Part shown: piece after piece, positions 47,891-59,586 of the stretch | Position numbering within the stretch: the first letter of the stretch is position 1 | Layout of the letters: every line of letters begins with the position of its first letter | Assembly: GCA_963842525.1 (NCBI GenBank) | Contig: CAWJGT010000003.1 | Span: 1,280,001-1,344,000, forward strand | Reading direction: 5' to 3' | DNA from: an uncultured Holophagales bacterium | Lineage (GTDB): Bacteria; Acidobacteriota; Thermoanaerobaculia; Multivoradales; UBA5704 | DNA: 64,000 nt | Program-made: the position numbers and the translations under genes | The notes under the pieces: generated by a model | Told to the model about the DNA's origin: nothing | The model's database searches: none | What the model saw: only the letters and a program-made list of their open reading frames with translations

Positions 47891-49491
47891 GTGTTCCACC
47901 TCGACTACGTCTCCCCCCTCCCACCCGTCCGCTCCGGCATCGCCGACTACAGCGTCGACCTGCTGCCGCATCTGTCGGCACTGGCCGACGTGCGCCTGAT
48001 CCGACTGCCCGGCCAGCCGGTCGCTCCAGAGGTCGAAGCGCAATGGCCGGTCGCCGGGCTCGAGCAGGCCGGTGGGGACAAAGCTGGCGAGCGCCTCCCT
48101 CTCTACCAGATGGGCAACAACCGCTGGCACGAGGGGGTGCTCGACCTCGCGCTGCGTCTCCCCGGGGTGCTGACCCTGCACGACATCCTGCTGCACCACA
48201 TCCTGCTCGACGTCACCCTGGGCCGCCATCTCTTCGATCCCTATGTCGAGCGGCTGCGCGCCGATCACGGCTGGGTCGGGGAGACCGCGGCGGTGGTGAA
48301 GCGCTGGGGAGCCTGGGGGGACGCGCCGGTCTTCGCCCTGCCGGCCCACCGGACCCTCCTGCGGCGCCAGCGCGGCGTGCTCGTCCACAGCCAGTGGGCC
48401 GCGGGGGTGATCCGGGAGGAGGACCCCGAGATCCGCGTGCGCGCCCTCTCCATGGGCATTCCGATGCCGCCGCCGGTCGATCCGGCGGCCGGGCGCCGCC
48501 TCCGCGTGCGCTTCGGGCTCCCGCTCGACCAGCCGGTCCTCGGCTCCTTCGGGTTCCAGACGCCCATCAAGCGGACCGGCGCGGTGATCCGCGCCCTGGC
48601 CGCGCCCGGGCTCGAGCGGGTCCATCTGCTGATCGTCGGCGAGGTCTCGCCCATGATCGATCTCCTGAAGGACGCCCGCCAGGCCGGCGTGGCCGACCGG
48701 GTCCACCTCACCGATTTCCTGCCCTACGAGGACTTCGAGGCCGCCATCGCGGCCGTCGACCTCTGCCTGAACCTTCGCTATCCGACCGCCGGCGAGACCT
48801 CTGCGTCCCTGCTGCGGGTGATGGCCCTGGGCTGCCCGGCCGTGGTCTCGGACTACGCCCAGTTCACGGACCTTCCCCGTGAAATCGCCCTGCGGGTGCC
48901 GCTGGGGGACGAGGAAGCGGAGGCCCTGCCGGCGCTTCTGCGCGAGCTGCTGACCGATCCGGCCCGCCTGCGGGCCATGGGGGAGGCCGCACGCGAGCAC
49001 GTGCGGACCCAACACGACCCGGCGCGGTCGGCCGCCGCGGTGATCGAGGCCGTCGAGGAGTGGCGCGACCTGCCGCCGCCGGGAGACCTGCCGGGAGGAA
49101 AGCCCGACGTGCCGCCGCCGAGCAGCCTCGCCTGGGGGCGGCTCGAAGGCACGATGGAGATCCAGGGAGCCGATCTCCCCTGGCCCGCTGGAGAGCGGCG
49201 GCGGCTCCGCATCCGGTTGCGCAACACCGGCTTCGCCCGCTGGCTAGCGGGAGAGAAGGGGCCGGGCGGCATCGCCGTGGTGGTCAAGCTCTTCGCGGAT
49301 GGAGGAGGACCTCCTCGCGAACCGCCGCTGGCTCGCCCTGCCGCGCGACCTGCTGCCCGGCGAGGAGGCGGTCTTCGAGACCGACGTGCGCCGGCCCCCT
49401 GGGCCGTCCTGGCTCTGGATCGAGCCGCACCTGTTCGGCGGGCTTGGGCATCTCGAAGTACGGCGGGCCGTATTGGGAGCGGCGGCTGTGA
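47891..49491 (+). CDS. Glycosyltransferase family 4 (frameshifts near 49301 and 49440)
   Basis: SPLPPVRSGIADYS, YQMGNN, NLRYPTAGETS; C-terminus recovered across frames ending YWERRL*. Confidence 0.85.
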
Positions 49492-49493
49492 GA

Positions 49494-49638
49494 GCCCCTC
49501 ACCCCCGGACCCCCCTCTCCCATCCCCCTCCCGATCCGCCGGGAGAGGGGAGAAGAGCCAGGCAGATGTCTTTGAAACTAATACTCCCCTCTCCCGGGGG
49601 CGAAGGGTGGGAGATGGGAGAGGGGCCGGGGGTGAGGA
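49494..49638. repeat. REP doublet (CCCTCACCCC family)
   Basis: CCCCTCACCCCCGGACCCCCCTCTCCC ... GGGAGAGGGGCCGGGGGTGAGG. Confidence 0.85.
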
Positions 49639-49669
49639 CAGCGCGTCCGGCCGGCCTGGAGATCGCCTG

Positions 49670-51484
49670 ATGCAGTCTTCGTCCCGGTCTTCAACCCGTC
49701 TCCCCTCCGCCCTCCTCGCCTGGGCCGTGCTCGCGATCCTGCTTCTGCTGACCCTGGTCGGCGCCTTCCGCTTCGACCGCGCCGGGCGCCCCTCCCTGGT
49801 GGGCGACGAAGCCACCTATGCCATGCAGGCGGCGAGCCTGGCCTGGGACTTCGACCTCGCCTACACGCGGGCCGACTATGACCGCTTCGTCCAGCAGTGG
49901 GGCGGGCCGCCGGACGGTCTGATCCTCCAGAGCCGGGACGGCGGGACCCATCTCACCTATGGCAAGCCGTTCCTCTACGCGCTCGCCATTGCGCCGTTCG
50001 TGCGGGCCGCCCCCGTGCGCGGCGGATTAATCGCCAACGTGCTCTTCCTGGCCGCGGCGGCGGTGCTCGCGGCCTGGACCCTGCGCAAACGCGTCGGAAA
50101 CCTCGCTCCGCTCTGGGTGGCCGTCTTCATTTTCGGCTCGGTGGCCTTCTCCTATGCCTTCTGGGTCCATGCGGACCTCTTCCTGCTGGCCACCACCGCG
50201 GCCGGCTTCGCCCTGGTGTACGGCGGCGAGCGCCCGAAGGACGACCTCTCCGAGGTCTATGAGAACGAACGGATGCGTCCGGTCTTCTGGCGCTGGCTCC
50301 TGGCCGGCCTGCTGCTCGCAGTGGCCGGCGCCTTCCGGCCCTTCTACCTGGCCCTCCTCCTGCCGGCGGCCGTCGCGGCGTTCGGAGCTGGAGGCCGCAC
50401 CCGCACCCGCAAATCATCCGCGCTCTCCGGGCTGGTCACGGGTGCGGCGCTCCTCCTCCTGATCACGGCGGCTGTCCAATGGTCTTCGGGCGGCTCCTGG
50501 AGCGGCTACGGCGGCCAGCGCCAGGGGTTCTATCCGCGCACCGGATATCCAGAAGTCGACTTCCCGGCGAGCCAGTGGCAGCAGTCCCTGGAGCGGTGGG
50601 GGAACACCTCCTGGCTCCAGGAAGGAGGGATCGCGCCGAGCTTCGACGCCAAGCTGCTCGGCTGGAACACGCTCTACTTCCTGGTAGGACAGAACGTCGG
50701 CGTCCTGCCCTACTACCTGCCGCTGCTCCTCGGATTCCTGGCCTTTGGGCGGGAGCGGGGGCGCTGGGCGCTCCCGCTCGCGGTGGCCCTGGCTGTGCTC
50801 GGCTTCTTCGTGCTGCGCCCGTTCAACTTCTATGGCGGCGGCGGCGCCATTGCGAACCGCTATTTCCTGCCCCTCTATCCGGCTTTCTGGTTCATGGCCG
50901 TCCGGCCGATCCGCCTGGTCTCGGGAGCCCTGGTCCTTGCGCTCTCGGCCGTCTTCCTCCACCCGTTCTGGCGGCATCCGACCGCATTCCCGGTGGGGGA
51001 GGACGGGCGGTATCGCCACATCTCCAGGATCGCCCGGCAGTGGCTCCCGTACGAGACCACCCAGAGCCACATCCCCGGGGGACAGGACGTGGCCGAGAAC
51101 GGCCTCTGGCTCAAGCTCCTGAACCACAACGTCTACCGCACCGAGGGCGCAGGGCGCCTGCGCCTGATCGGCAACACCACCGGCAGCCTCCTCGTCGGCA
51201 GCCCGCAGCCCATCGAAGGGGTGTACATCACCTTTGGCCCGGAGGCGCCCACGCACCTGGAGATCGAGGGCAAGGACCTCCGGCCCAGCGCGCTCCTCGC
51301 GGACGGCTCCATCACCTTCGAGGTGCCGCTCGGGAATCCCCGCGCCGTCCACCCCATGTGGTGGACCTGGGACGACTACTACCTCTATGAGCTGGACCTG
51401 CGCCTCCCCGGCGCTCCTCTGGTGCCGATCGGTGTCCAGATCCGTCCCGCCGGCGGAGATTTGATACAAAGAGGCGGGGAGTGA
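49670..51484 (+). CDS. Multi-pass membrane GT-C-like protein
   Basis: GDEATY.MQA.SLAWDFDL, many TMs, NRYFLPLYP. Confidence 0.7.
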   Translation: MQSSSRSSTRLPSALLAWAVLAILLLLTLVGAFRFDRAGRPSLVGDEATYAMQAASLAWDFDLAYTRADYDRFVQQWGGPPDGLILQSRDGGTHLTYGKPFLYALAIAPFVRAAPVRGGLIANVLFLAAAAVLAAWTLRKRVGNLAPLWVAVFIFGSVAFSYAFWVHADLFLLATTAAGFALVYGGERPKDDLSEVYENERMRPVFWRWLLAGLLLAVAGAFRPFYLALLLPAAVAAFGAGGRTRTRKSSALSGLVTGAALLLLITAAVQWSSGGSWSGYGGQRQGFYPRTGYPEVDFPASQWQQSLERWGNTSWLQEGGIAPSFDAKLLGWNTLYFLVGQNVGVLPYYLPLLLGFLAFGRERGRWALPLAVALAVLGFFVLRPFNFYGGGGAIANRYFLPLYPAFWFMAVRPIRLVSGALVLALSAVFLHPFWRHPTAFPVGEDGRYRHISRIARQWLPYETTQSHIPGGQDVAENGLWLKLLNHNVYRTEGAGRLRLIGNTTGSLLVGSPQPIEGVYITFGPEAPTHLEIEGKDLRPSALLADGSITFEVPLGNPRAVHPMWWTWDDYYLYELDLRLPGAPLVPIGVQIRPAGGDLIQRGGE

Positions 51485-51486
51485 CG

Positions 51487-52077
51487 ATGGAGCAGCAACC
51501 GAAGAGCTGGATCCTGGAGCTCCGCGACCGGCTGTCCACACCGCCGCCGAAACGCCTGCCGGCGAGCGACCTGCGGCAGGCTTCGGTCCTGGTGCCGCTC
51601 TACGTGGATGCGGGCGAGCTGTGGACCGTCCTCACCAAGCGGACCGACACCCTGCCGAGCCACCGCAGCCAGATCGCCTTCCCCGGAGGGGGCCGCGAGC
51701 TCAAGGAAGACCCCTGGGCGGCGGCGGTCCGGGAGGCGCACGAGGAGATCGGTCTCGATCCGAAGCTGGTCCTCCCCCTGGGCCACCTCGACGAGCAGGA
51801 GTCGCCCGCCGGCTTCCGGGTCATCCCCTGTGTTGGCGCGATCCCGCACAACTTCGAAGCCATCCCGAACGCCGGAGAGATCGCCGAAGTCTTCAGCCTC
51901 CCCCTGGCCGCCTTCGCCAATCCGCGGCTCGTCGAGGAGCGCACCGTCAAGATCAACGGCGTCAACCGCCAGATCCGCATCTACCACATCGGCAACCGCC
52001 AGATCTGGGGCCTGACCGCCCGCGTCCTTCAGAACCTCCTGGCCCGGTTGGGGATGGAGTCGGGGGAGGATGATTGA
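51487..52077 (+). CDS. Nudix CoA pyrophosphatase (NudL-like)
   Basis: SQIAFPGG...AAVREAHEEIG, IWGLTA. Confidence 0.9.
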   Translation: MEQQPKSWILELRDRLSTPPPKRLPASDLRQASVLVPLYVDAGELWTVLTKRTDTLPSHRSQIAFPGGGRELKEDPWAAAVREAHEEIGLDPKLVLPLGHLDEQESPAGFRVIPCVGAIPHNFEAIPNAGEIAEVFSLPLAAFANPRLVEERTVKINGVNRQIRIYHIGNRQIWGLTARVLQNLLARLGMESGEDD

Positions 52078-52109
52078 GGCCGGCGTGCTGGTGGTAGATT
52101 AGACAGATC

Positions 52110-52318
52110 ATGCTGCTCAACTACCTGAACGCCGCTCTGGATCGGGCCACGTACGAGAAGATTGAAGACGAGGAGCCCTACTACGGGGAGATTCCTGAAA
52201 TCCAGGGAGTCTGGGCGACCGGCTCGACACTCGAAGACTGCCGTCGGAACCTGGTCAAGGCCCTTGAGGACTGGGTTTTCTTCAGCATCTACCGGGGAGA
52301 GTCTGTGCCTGAGATCCT

Positions 52319-52322
<4 letters not shown>
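52110..52322 (+). CDS. HicB-family antitoxin (no hicA adjacent)
   Basis: YYGEIPEIQGVWATGSTLEDCRRNL..ALEDW. Confidence 0.85.
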
Positions 52323-53791
<1,469 letters not shown>

Positions 53792-53814
53792 GATGAAGCG
53801 GCCCTTTGAGAGGC

Positions 53815-53930
53815 CCTGGCGTCCCCGGAGCCCGGCGATGAATCGCCGGGCTAGCAACAGCGCCCCATGAATGGGGCTTGTAGCCGGGTTCACCCGGCGC
53901 TGTTCCTAGCCCGGGCATTCATGCCCGGGC
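53815..53930. repeat. REP-like palindromes
   Basis: AGCCCGGCGATGAATCGCCGGGCT and AGCCCGGGCATTCATGCCCGGG (same core as 13608). Confidence 0.7.
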
Positions 53931-53972
53931 GGGATCGCGCTGCCTCATCTTTGCAGAAGGAGACCCGTTCGC

Positions 53973-54863
53973 ATGCGACCGCTCTTTGCCCTGGCAATCC
54001 TGATCCTCCCTCTGGCTGCCTGCTCCGCCAGCCGCTTCCCGATTGACTCCCTGCCCGGGCGGATCGAGTGGATCGCGGCGCAGAGCAGGGGAGGCGTCTC
54101 GGTCGCCTACGAGAACTTCGGCACGGGAGCCCGGCTCGCCTTCCATGACACCGAACCTGTTCATGCCGCGAGCACGATGAAGGTGCCCGTCATGATGGCC
54201 CTCTTCGAGGCGGTCGACGCGGGGCGGCTACGGCTCGACGAGCCGGTCATGGTGCGCAACGAGTTCCCGAGCATCGTCGACGGCTCTCCCTACGCGCTCG
54301 ATCCGAAGGAGGACGGCGACTCCGACCTCTATCAGGCCCTCGGGCAGAGCCGGCCGCTGGAGGAGTTGATCCGGCGGATGATCGTCCGCAGCTCGAACCT
54401 CGCCACCAATCTTCTGATCGAGCGGATCGGCGCGAGCACCGCGACCGACCTGATGCGGCGGCTCGGCGCCTACGACATCCTGGTCCTGCGCGGTGTCGAG
54501 GATCAGAAAGCCTTTGACGCGCGGCTCAACAACCGGGTGACTGCAAAGGATCTGGCAATCGCCCTCAAGGCCGTCCTGGAGGGGGACGTCTTTTCGGAAC
54601 CCTCTCGGCAGAAGATGCTCGAGATCCTGAAGGCCCAGGAATTCAACGAGAAGATCCCGGCCGGCCTGCCCCAGGGCGTGCCGGTGGCCCACAAGACGGG
54701 CGACATCACGGCCATCCACCACGATGCTGCCATCGTCTTCCCGCCGGGCGAGAAACCGTATGTCCTGGTCGTCCTGACCTCCGGCATCCAGGACGAGAAG
54801 AAGGCGAATCAGGTCATCGCGGATGTCTCGCGGGCGGTCTGGGAGAGGCGGAGGAAACCATGA
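53973..54863 (+). CDS. Class A beta-lactamase-like serine hydrolase lipoprotein
   Basis: Lipobox LAAC; ASTMK, SSN, HKTG. Confidence 0.9.
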   Translation: MRPLFALAILILPLAACSASRFPIDSLPGRIEWIAAQSRGGVSVAYENFGTGARLAFHDTEPVHAASTMKVPVMMALFEAVDAGRLRLDEPVMVRNEFPSIVDGSPYALDPKEDGDSDLYQALGQSRPLEELIRRMIVRSSNLATNLLIERIGASTATDLMRRLGAYDILVLRGVEDQKAFDARLNNRVTAKDLAIALKAVLEGDVFSEPSRQKMLEILKAQEFNEKIPAGLPQGVPVAHKTGDITAIHHDAAIVFPPGEKPYVLVVLTSGIQDEKKANQVIADVSRAVWERRRKP

Positions 54864-56248
54864 ACGAGGCGGATCTCTTGCGGCGCACGGCGAAGCTCGC
54901 CGTCGAGTTCCTGGAGGGCCTGCCGGACCGGCGCGTCGGTCCCGTGGCGTCGATCGAAGAGCTGCGGACCGCCCTCGGCGGGCCTCTGCCGGAGACTGGA
55001 GAGGATGCCCGAGCCACCGTCGAGCACCTCGCCCGGGCCGCCGATCCCGGGCTCGTAGGAATGGCCGGCCCCCGCTATTTCGGGTTCGTCATCGGGGGAC
55101 ACCTGCCCGCGACCCTGGCTGCGGACTGGCTCACCTCGACCTGGGACCAGAACGCCACGCTCTACGTCACCTCGCCCGCCAATGCGGTCGCCGAGGAGAT
55201 CGCCGCGGGCTGGCTGCTCGAGCTGCTCGGACTGCCGCCTGGGGCCAGCGTCGGGTTCGCGACAGGGGCCATGATGGCCAACTTCACCTGCCTCGCCGCA
55301 GCCCGCCATGCCGTGCTGGCCCGCACCGGTTGGGATGTCGAGCTGCGCGGCCTGTTCGCGGCGCCGGAGATCGACGTGGTCCTGGGTGACGAAGCGCACG
55401 TCACCATCCTCGCCGCCCTCCAGATGCTGGGGCTCGGCCGGGAAAGGGTGAAGCGGGTGCCGTGCGACGGCCAGGGCCGGATGCGGGCGGACGCGCTTGC
55501 GGAGGTTCTCCGCTCGTGCACGGGACCCCTGATCGTCTGCGCCCAGGCGGGCAATGTGAACACCGGCGCCTTCGATCCACTGGCCGAGATCGCCGAGGCC
55601 GTGCGGGAGTGGGGCGGCTGGCTTCACGTGGACGGCGCTTTCGGCTTGTGGGCGCGGGTGAGCCCGGAACTGGCGCACCTCGCCGCGGGAGCCGACCAGG
55701 CCGACTCCTGGGCCGTGGATGCCCACAAATGGCTCAATGTTCCTTATGACTCGGGGATCGCCATTGTGAAAGACCCCGAGCCGCACCGGGCGGCCATGAC
55801 GATCACGGCCTCCTACCTCGTCCAGACTGCCGGCCGCGAGCGCGACCCGTTCGACTGGGTTCCGGAGTTTTCCCGGCGTGCCCGAGGCTTTACGGTCTGG
55901 GCCGCCCTCCGGTCGCTCGGCCGTGCCGGCGCGGTGGGCCTCGTCGAGCGCTGCTGCGCTCTCGCCCGGCGGATGGCGGACCGGCTGCGGCAGGCCCCGG
56001 ACGTCGAGGTCCTCAACGAGGTCGTCCTGAACCAAGTGCTGATCCGTTTCCATCCACCAGGAGGCGGAGACGCCGACGCGTTCACCCGCGAGGTCATCGC
56101 CCGCGTCCAGGCGGACGGCACCTGCTGGCTCGGCGGCACCACCTGGCACGGCCTGGCCGCGATGCGGATCTCGGTGTCGAACTGGTCGACCACCGAGGAT
56201 GACGTCGACAGGTCGGCCTCGGCGATCCTGCGGGTCCTCACCCCCTAG
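54860..56248 (+). CDS. PLP-dependent group II amino-acid decarboxylase
   Basis: HVDGAFG, DAHKWLNVPYD, SRRAR. Confidence 0.92.
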   Translation: MNEADLLRRTAKLAVEFLEGLPDRRVGPVASIEELRTALGGPLPETGEDARATVEHLARAADPGLVGMAGPRYFGFVIGGHLPATLAADWLTSTWDQNATLYVTSPANAVAEEIAAGWLLELLGLPPGASVGFATGAMMANFTCLAAARHAVLARTGWDVELRGLFAAPEIDVVLGDEAHVTILAALQMLGLGRERVKRVPCDGQGRMRADALAEVLRSCTGPLIVCAQAGNVNTGAFDPLAEIAEAVREWGGWLHVDGAFGLWARVSPELAHLAAGADQADSWAVDAHKWLNVPYDSGIAIVKDPEPHRAAMTITASYLVQTAGRERDPFDWVPEFSRRARGFTVWAALRSLGRAGAVGLVERCCALARRMADRLRQAPDVEVLNEVVLNQVLIRFHPPGGGDADAFTREVIARVQADGTCWLGGTTWHGLAAMRISVSNWSTTEDDVDRSASAILRVLTP

Positions 56249-56329
56249 CCCCATACGCACTAACTTTGCTCTGGTGGGGAGGGTGGCCCTGGGAGCGCCG
56301 ACGCTCCCAGGATTCCAGGGCGGATCGTG

Positions 56330-56575
56330 GTGAACCGGTCGTGATTCACCGTGAACGGAGACGAGACGCCGCGAACGCGGCCGATTCATGAAGAACGAGG
56401 GCCGATTCACGGGAAACGACTTCGCGGTCACGGCGAATCGGGCCGGTTCACGGCGAATCGGGCCGAGATCATGACGAACCGCGGCCGGATCGCCGCGATG
56501 AGGGCCGGTTTATCGTGAATCAGCCCGCGTTCGCGGCAAACCAGAGCCGGTTCACCGTGAATCGGGGCCGGCGCC
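56330..56575. repeat. Degenerate ~21-bp palindromic tandem array (~12 units)
   Basis: Recurring GTGAA/GCGAA...TTCAC(G/C) units about every 21 bp. Confidence 0.65.
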
Positions 56576-56635
56576 CGCCGCAGCTCTGGGCCGGCGGGAA
56601 GTCGGGCTCCCAGGATTTCCTTCGGCGCAAAGCTA

Positions 56636-57294
56636 GGGCTCGTCACAAAATAAGTGTCTCAATTTCGGCTCTTCAACGTGGCCTTCTAGCGAGCTGACAA
56701 GGTCTGTAATGGGACCCCAGACCGTCGTGTCATCCTGAGCGTAGCGAAGGATCTGGGGGCAGGGAGGCTGCACGCCGCGGGACCATCGCGAGTCACCGCA
56801 GTGAGCGTCTATGGTCCCGTGGTGACTCCTGCCGGTCCCGCGGGACCACTGCGAGTCACCGCAGTGAGCGTCTATGGTCCCGTGGTGGCTCCTGCCGGTC
56901 CCGCGGGACCACAGCGAGCCACCGCAGTGAGCGTCCATGGTCCCGTGGTGGCTCCTGCCGGTGCCGCGGGACCACAGCGAGCCACCGCAGTGAGCGTCCA
57001 TGGTCCCGTGGTGGCTCCTGCCGGTGCCGCGGGACCACTGTGAGCCACCGCAGTGAGCGTCCCTGGTCCCGTGGTGAACCCTGCCGGTGCCGCGGGGCCA
57101 CTGGGAGCCACCGCAAGGAGCGTCCCTGGTCCCGTGGTGAACCCTGCCGGTGCCGCGGGGCCACTGGGAGCCACCGCAAGGAGCGTCCCTGGTCCCGTGG
57201 TGAACCCTGCCGGTGCCGCGGGGCCACTGGGAGTCTCCACGGGGACCACTTGAGACTCGCGATAGAGTTGAGACAGTTAATTTGTGACGAACCC
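56636..57294. mobile_element. MITE-like element carrying a REP hairpin and a 63-bp array
   Basis: ~30-bp imperfect TIRs GGGCTCGTCACAAAATAAGTGTCTCAA / TTGAGACAGTTAATTTGTGACGAACCC; TGTCATCCTGAGCGTAGCGAAGGATCT at 56728. Confidence 0.65.
56775..57250. repeat. 63-bp tandem array (~7.5 units)
   Basis: Unit ~CCGCGGGACCACTGCGAGCCACCGCAGTGAGCGTCCATGGTCCCGTGGTGGCTCCTGCCGGTG. Confidence 0.92.
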
Positions 57295-57609
57295 GAACGT
57301 AGTTGGTGCTCTGAGAATACCGGCGCCTTCGGGGGCCGCGCCTAGGCCCATCAGCACCAGTCTGAGCAGTTTCCGCACTCGGAATCGGGGCTGGTGAACT
57401 CTCTCGGGCAGGTGCGGCAACTTTGGCAGTTCGTGATCACCGATCCCTCGAGGACCGACGAGTACGACCTGGGGAGGAGATGGGGCTACCTATAGCTGGA
57501 ACGGCGGTGGCGTCTGGCGATGCCCAAACTACCGGCGAAGCTCTGGGCCGGCGGGACGCCGGCGCTCCCAGGGTTCCCTCCGGCGAAAAGTCAGCGCCTA
57601 CGGGGGTGA

Positions 57610-58272
57610 TCACCGCGGCACCGGACCCAGGATCTCCCCGTCCGGGCCGAGAGGAGGATACGGCGCCCCGTGCCGACGGCAGAGTGCCGCCAGCTTCGGA
57701 TACATCCACTCGAATAGAGTCTTCGCATAAACATCCGCATCAAGCCGCGGCTGGTCGTAGAAACCGGCGGCCCGGCGCTGGCGCTGGGCTTCGAAGAGGA
57801 GCAGAGCGGCGGCGACCGAGACGTTGAGTGAGGTCCCCATCCCCTCCATGGGGATGATGACGAGCTCGTCGGCCGCCTCCCGGGCCTCGGAGGTCACACC
57901 CCAGTCCTCGTTGCCCAGGAGGAGGGCGGTCGGGCGGAGATAGTCCACCTGGCGGAAGTCCGTGGCGCTCTCGCCAGGGTGAGCGGCCAGCAATCGCAGA
58001 CCGCGCTCGCGGAGGCGGGAGACCGCGTCGGCCAGCGTCCTGTGCTTGCGTACCGGCACCCAGCGGCGATTCCCTCCCGAGGCGGGCCGGGAGATCTGGA
58101 GCTTTCCCTTGGGCCAGACCGCGTGGACCTCGAAGACGCCCACCGCATCGGCGCTGCGCACGATGGCGGCGAGGTTGCGCGGCACTTCCACGTTTTCCAG
58201 GAGGACCGTCAGGTCCGGTTGCCTCTGATCGAGGGTCTCGCGGAGGCGGTGGAAGCGTTGGGGCGTGGACAT
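57610..58272 (-). CDS. trmH: tRNA (guanosine-18 2'-O)-methyltransferase
   Basis: [42 protein letters not shown]. Confidence 0.92.
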   Translation of the reverse strand: MSTPQRFHRLRETLDQRQPDLTVLLENVEVPRNLAAIVRSADAVGVFEVHAVWPKGKLQISRPASGGNRRWVPVRKHRTLADAVSRLRERGLRLLAAHPGESATDFRQVDYLRPTALLLGNEDWGVTSEAREAADELVIIPMEGMGTSLNVSVAAALLLFEAQRQRRAAGFYDQPRLDADVYAKTLFEWMYPKLAALCRRHGAPYPPLGPDGEILGPVPR

Positions 58273-58344
58273 GCGTTCCTTCCGGCCATAACATACCCTG
58301 ACGGTCGCTACGGCACCGCCAGGACCGAAGGAGGAAGACCGCAC

Positions 58345-59430
58345 ATGGCCACGATGGAACGCGTTGGGAGCAGCAGCCTCGACCGGATCGCCGGTCTGCT
58401 GGGCGATGAGGCGGACAGCCTCCTGTCCTACACCTGCACAGGCATCCCCAAGGAACGGCTCATCCTGCCGGGTCCAGACCACGTCGACCGGGCGTGGGGG
58501 ACGTCCGACCGCAAGCCGCAGGTGCTCGTCAACCTGCAGCGGCTCTACGGCACCGGCCGCCTGGCGGGGACGGGCTACCTCTCGATCCTGCCGGTCGACC
58601 AGGGGGTCGAGCATTCGGCCGCGGCATCGTTCGCGCCCAACCTCGACTACCTGGAGCCGGAGAACATCGTCAAGTTCGCCATCGAGGCCGGCTGCAATGC
58701 CGTGGCTTCGACCGTCGGCGTCCTCGGTGCGATCGCCCGCAAATACGCGCACAAGATCCCGTTCATCGCCAAGCTCAACCACAACGAGCTGCTGACCTAC
58801 CCCAACCAGTACCAGCAGATCCTCTTCGGGCACGTGGAGCAGGCCTGGAACATGGGTGCGGCGGCCGTCGGCGCCACGATCTACTTTGGCTCGGAGGACG
58901 CCGGCCGCGAGATCGTCGAGATCTCCGAGGTCTTCTATCGCGCGCACGAGCTTGGCATGGCGACCGTCCTCTGGGCCTACACCCGCAACAACGCCTTCAA
59001 GAAGGACGGGGTCGATTACCACACCTCGGCCGACCTGACCGGCCAGGCGAACCACCTCGCCGCGACCATCCAGGCGGACATCGTCAAGCAGAAGCAGGCG
59101 ACGAACAACGGCGGCTACAACGCGCTCAAGTTCGGCAAGACCCACCCGAAGGTCTATGGCGAGATCGTGGCCGACCATCCGATCGACTGGAACCGCTGGC
59201 AGGTGGCGAACTGCTACCTGGGCCGCGCCGGCCTGATCAACTCGGGCGGCGAGTCCAAGGGGCAGGACGACCTGGCCCAGGCGGTGCGCACCGCGGTCAT
59301 CAACAAGCGCGCCGGCGGCTGCGGCCTGATCTCAGGACGCAAGGCCTTCCAGCGTCCCCTGAAGGAGGGCGTCGAGCTCTTCCACGCCATCCAGGACGTC
59401 TACCTCTCCGACGAGGTGACGATCGCGTAG
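58345..59430 (+). CDS. fbaB: Class I fructose-bisphosphate aldolase
   Basis: [35 protein letters not shown]; AGGAGG RBS. Confidence 0.95.
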   Translation: MATMERVGSSSLDRIAGLLGDEADSLLSYTCTGIPKERLILPGPDHVDRAWGTSDRKPQVLVNLQRLYGTGRLAGTGYLSILPVDQGVEHSAAASFAPNLDYLEPENIVKFAIEAGCNAVASTVGVLGAIARKYAHKIPFIAKLNHNELLTYPNQYQQILFGHVEQAWNMGAAAVGATIYFGSEDAGREIVEISEVFYRAHELGMATVLWAYTRNNAFKKDGVDYHTSADLTGQANHLAATIQADIVKQKQATNNGGYNALKFGKTHPKVYGEIVADHPIDWNRWQVANCYLGRAGLINSGGESKGQDDLAQAVRTAVINKRAGGCGLISGRKAFQRPLKEGVELFHAIQDVYLSDEVTIA

Positions 59431-59432
59431 GG

Positions 59433-59586
59433 GCCCCTCACCCCCCTGGCCCCCCTCTCCCATCCGCCCTCCCGACCCGCGGGAGAGGGGGGAAGAAACG
59501 AGAAGAAATCGGTCCTTGGACAGCTTTCCTCCCCTCTCCCGGTGGGAAGGGGGGGCGGTTGGGAGAGGGGCCGGGGGTGAGGGGCT
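59433..59586. repeat. REP doublet (CCCTCACCCC family)
   Basis: CCCCTCACCCCCCTGGCCCCCCTCTCCC ... GGGAGAGGGGCCGGGGGTGAGGGG. Confidence 0.85.

Noticed and set aside
47891-51484. 1197-aa GT4/membrane fusion protein
   Set aside because: Produced by frameshifts that read through a REP doublet; two genes (47891-49491 and 49670-51484) explain it
53973-54863. Bona fide antibiotic-resistance beta-lactamase
   Set aside because: SxxK, SSN and KTG are present, but this broad serine-hydrolase family cannot be assigned resistance activity from motifs alone
56775-57250. CRISPR array or repeat-protein gene
   Set aside because: Whole units repeat with no unique spacers; ORFs are open in several frames on both strands with no convincing start
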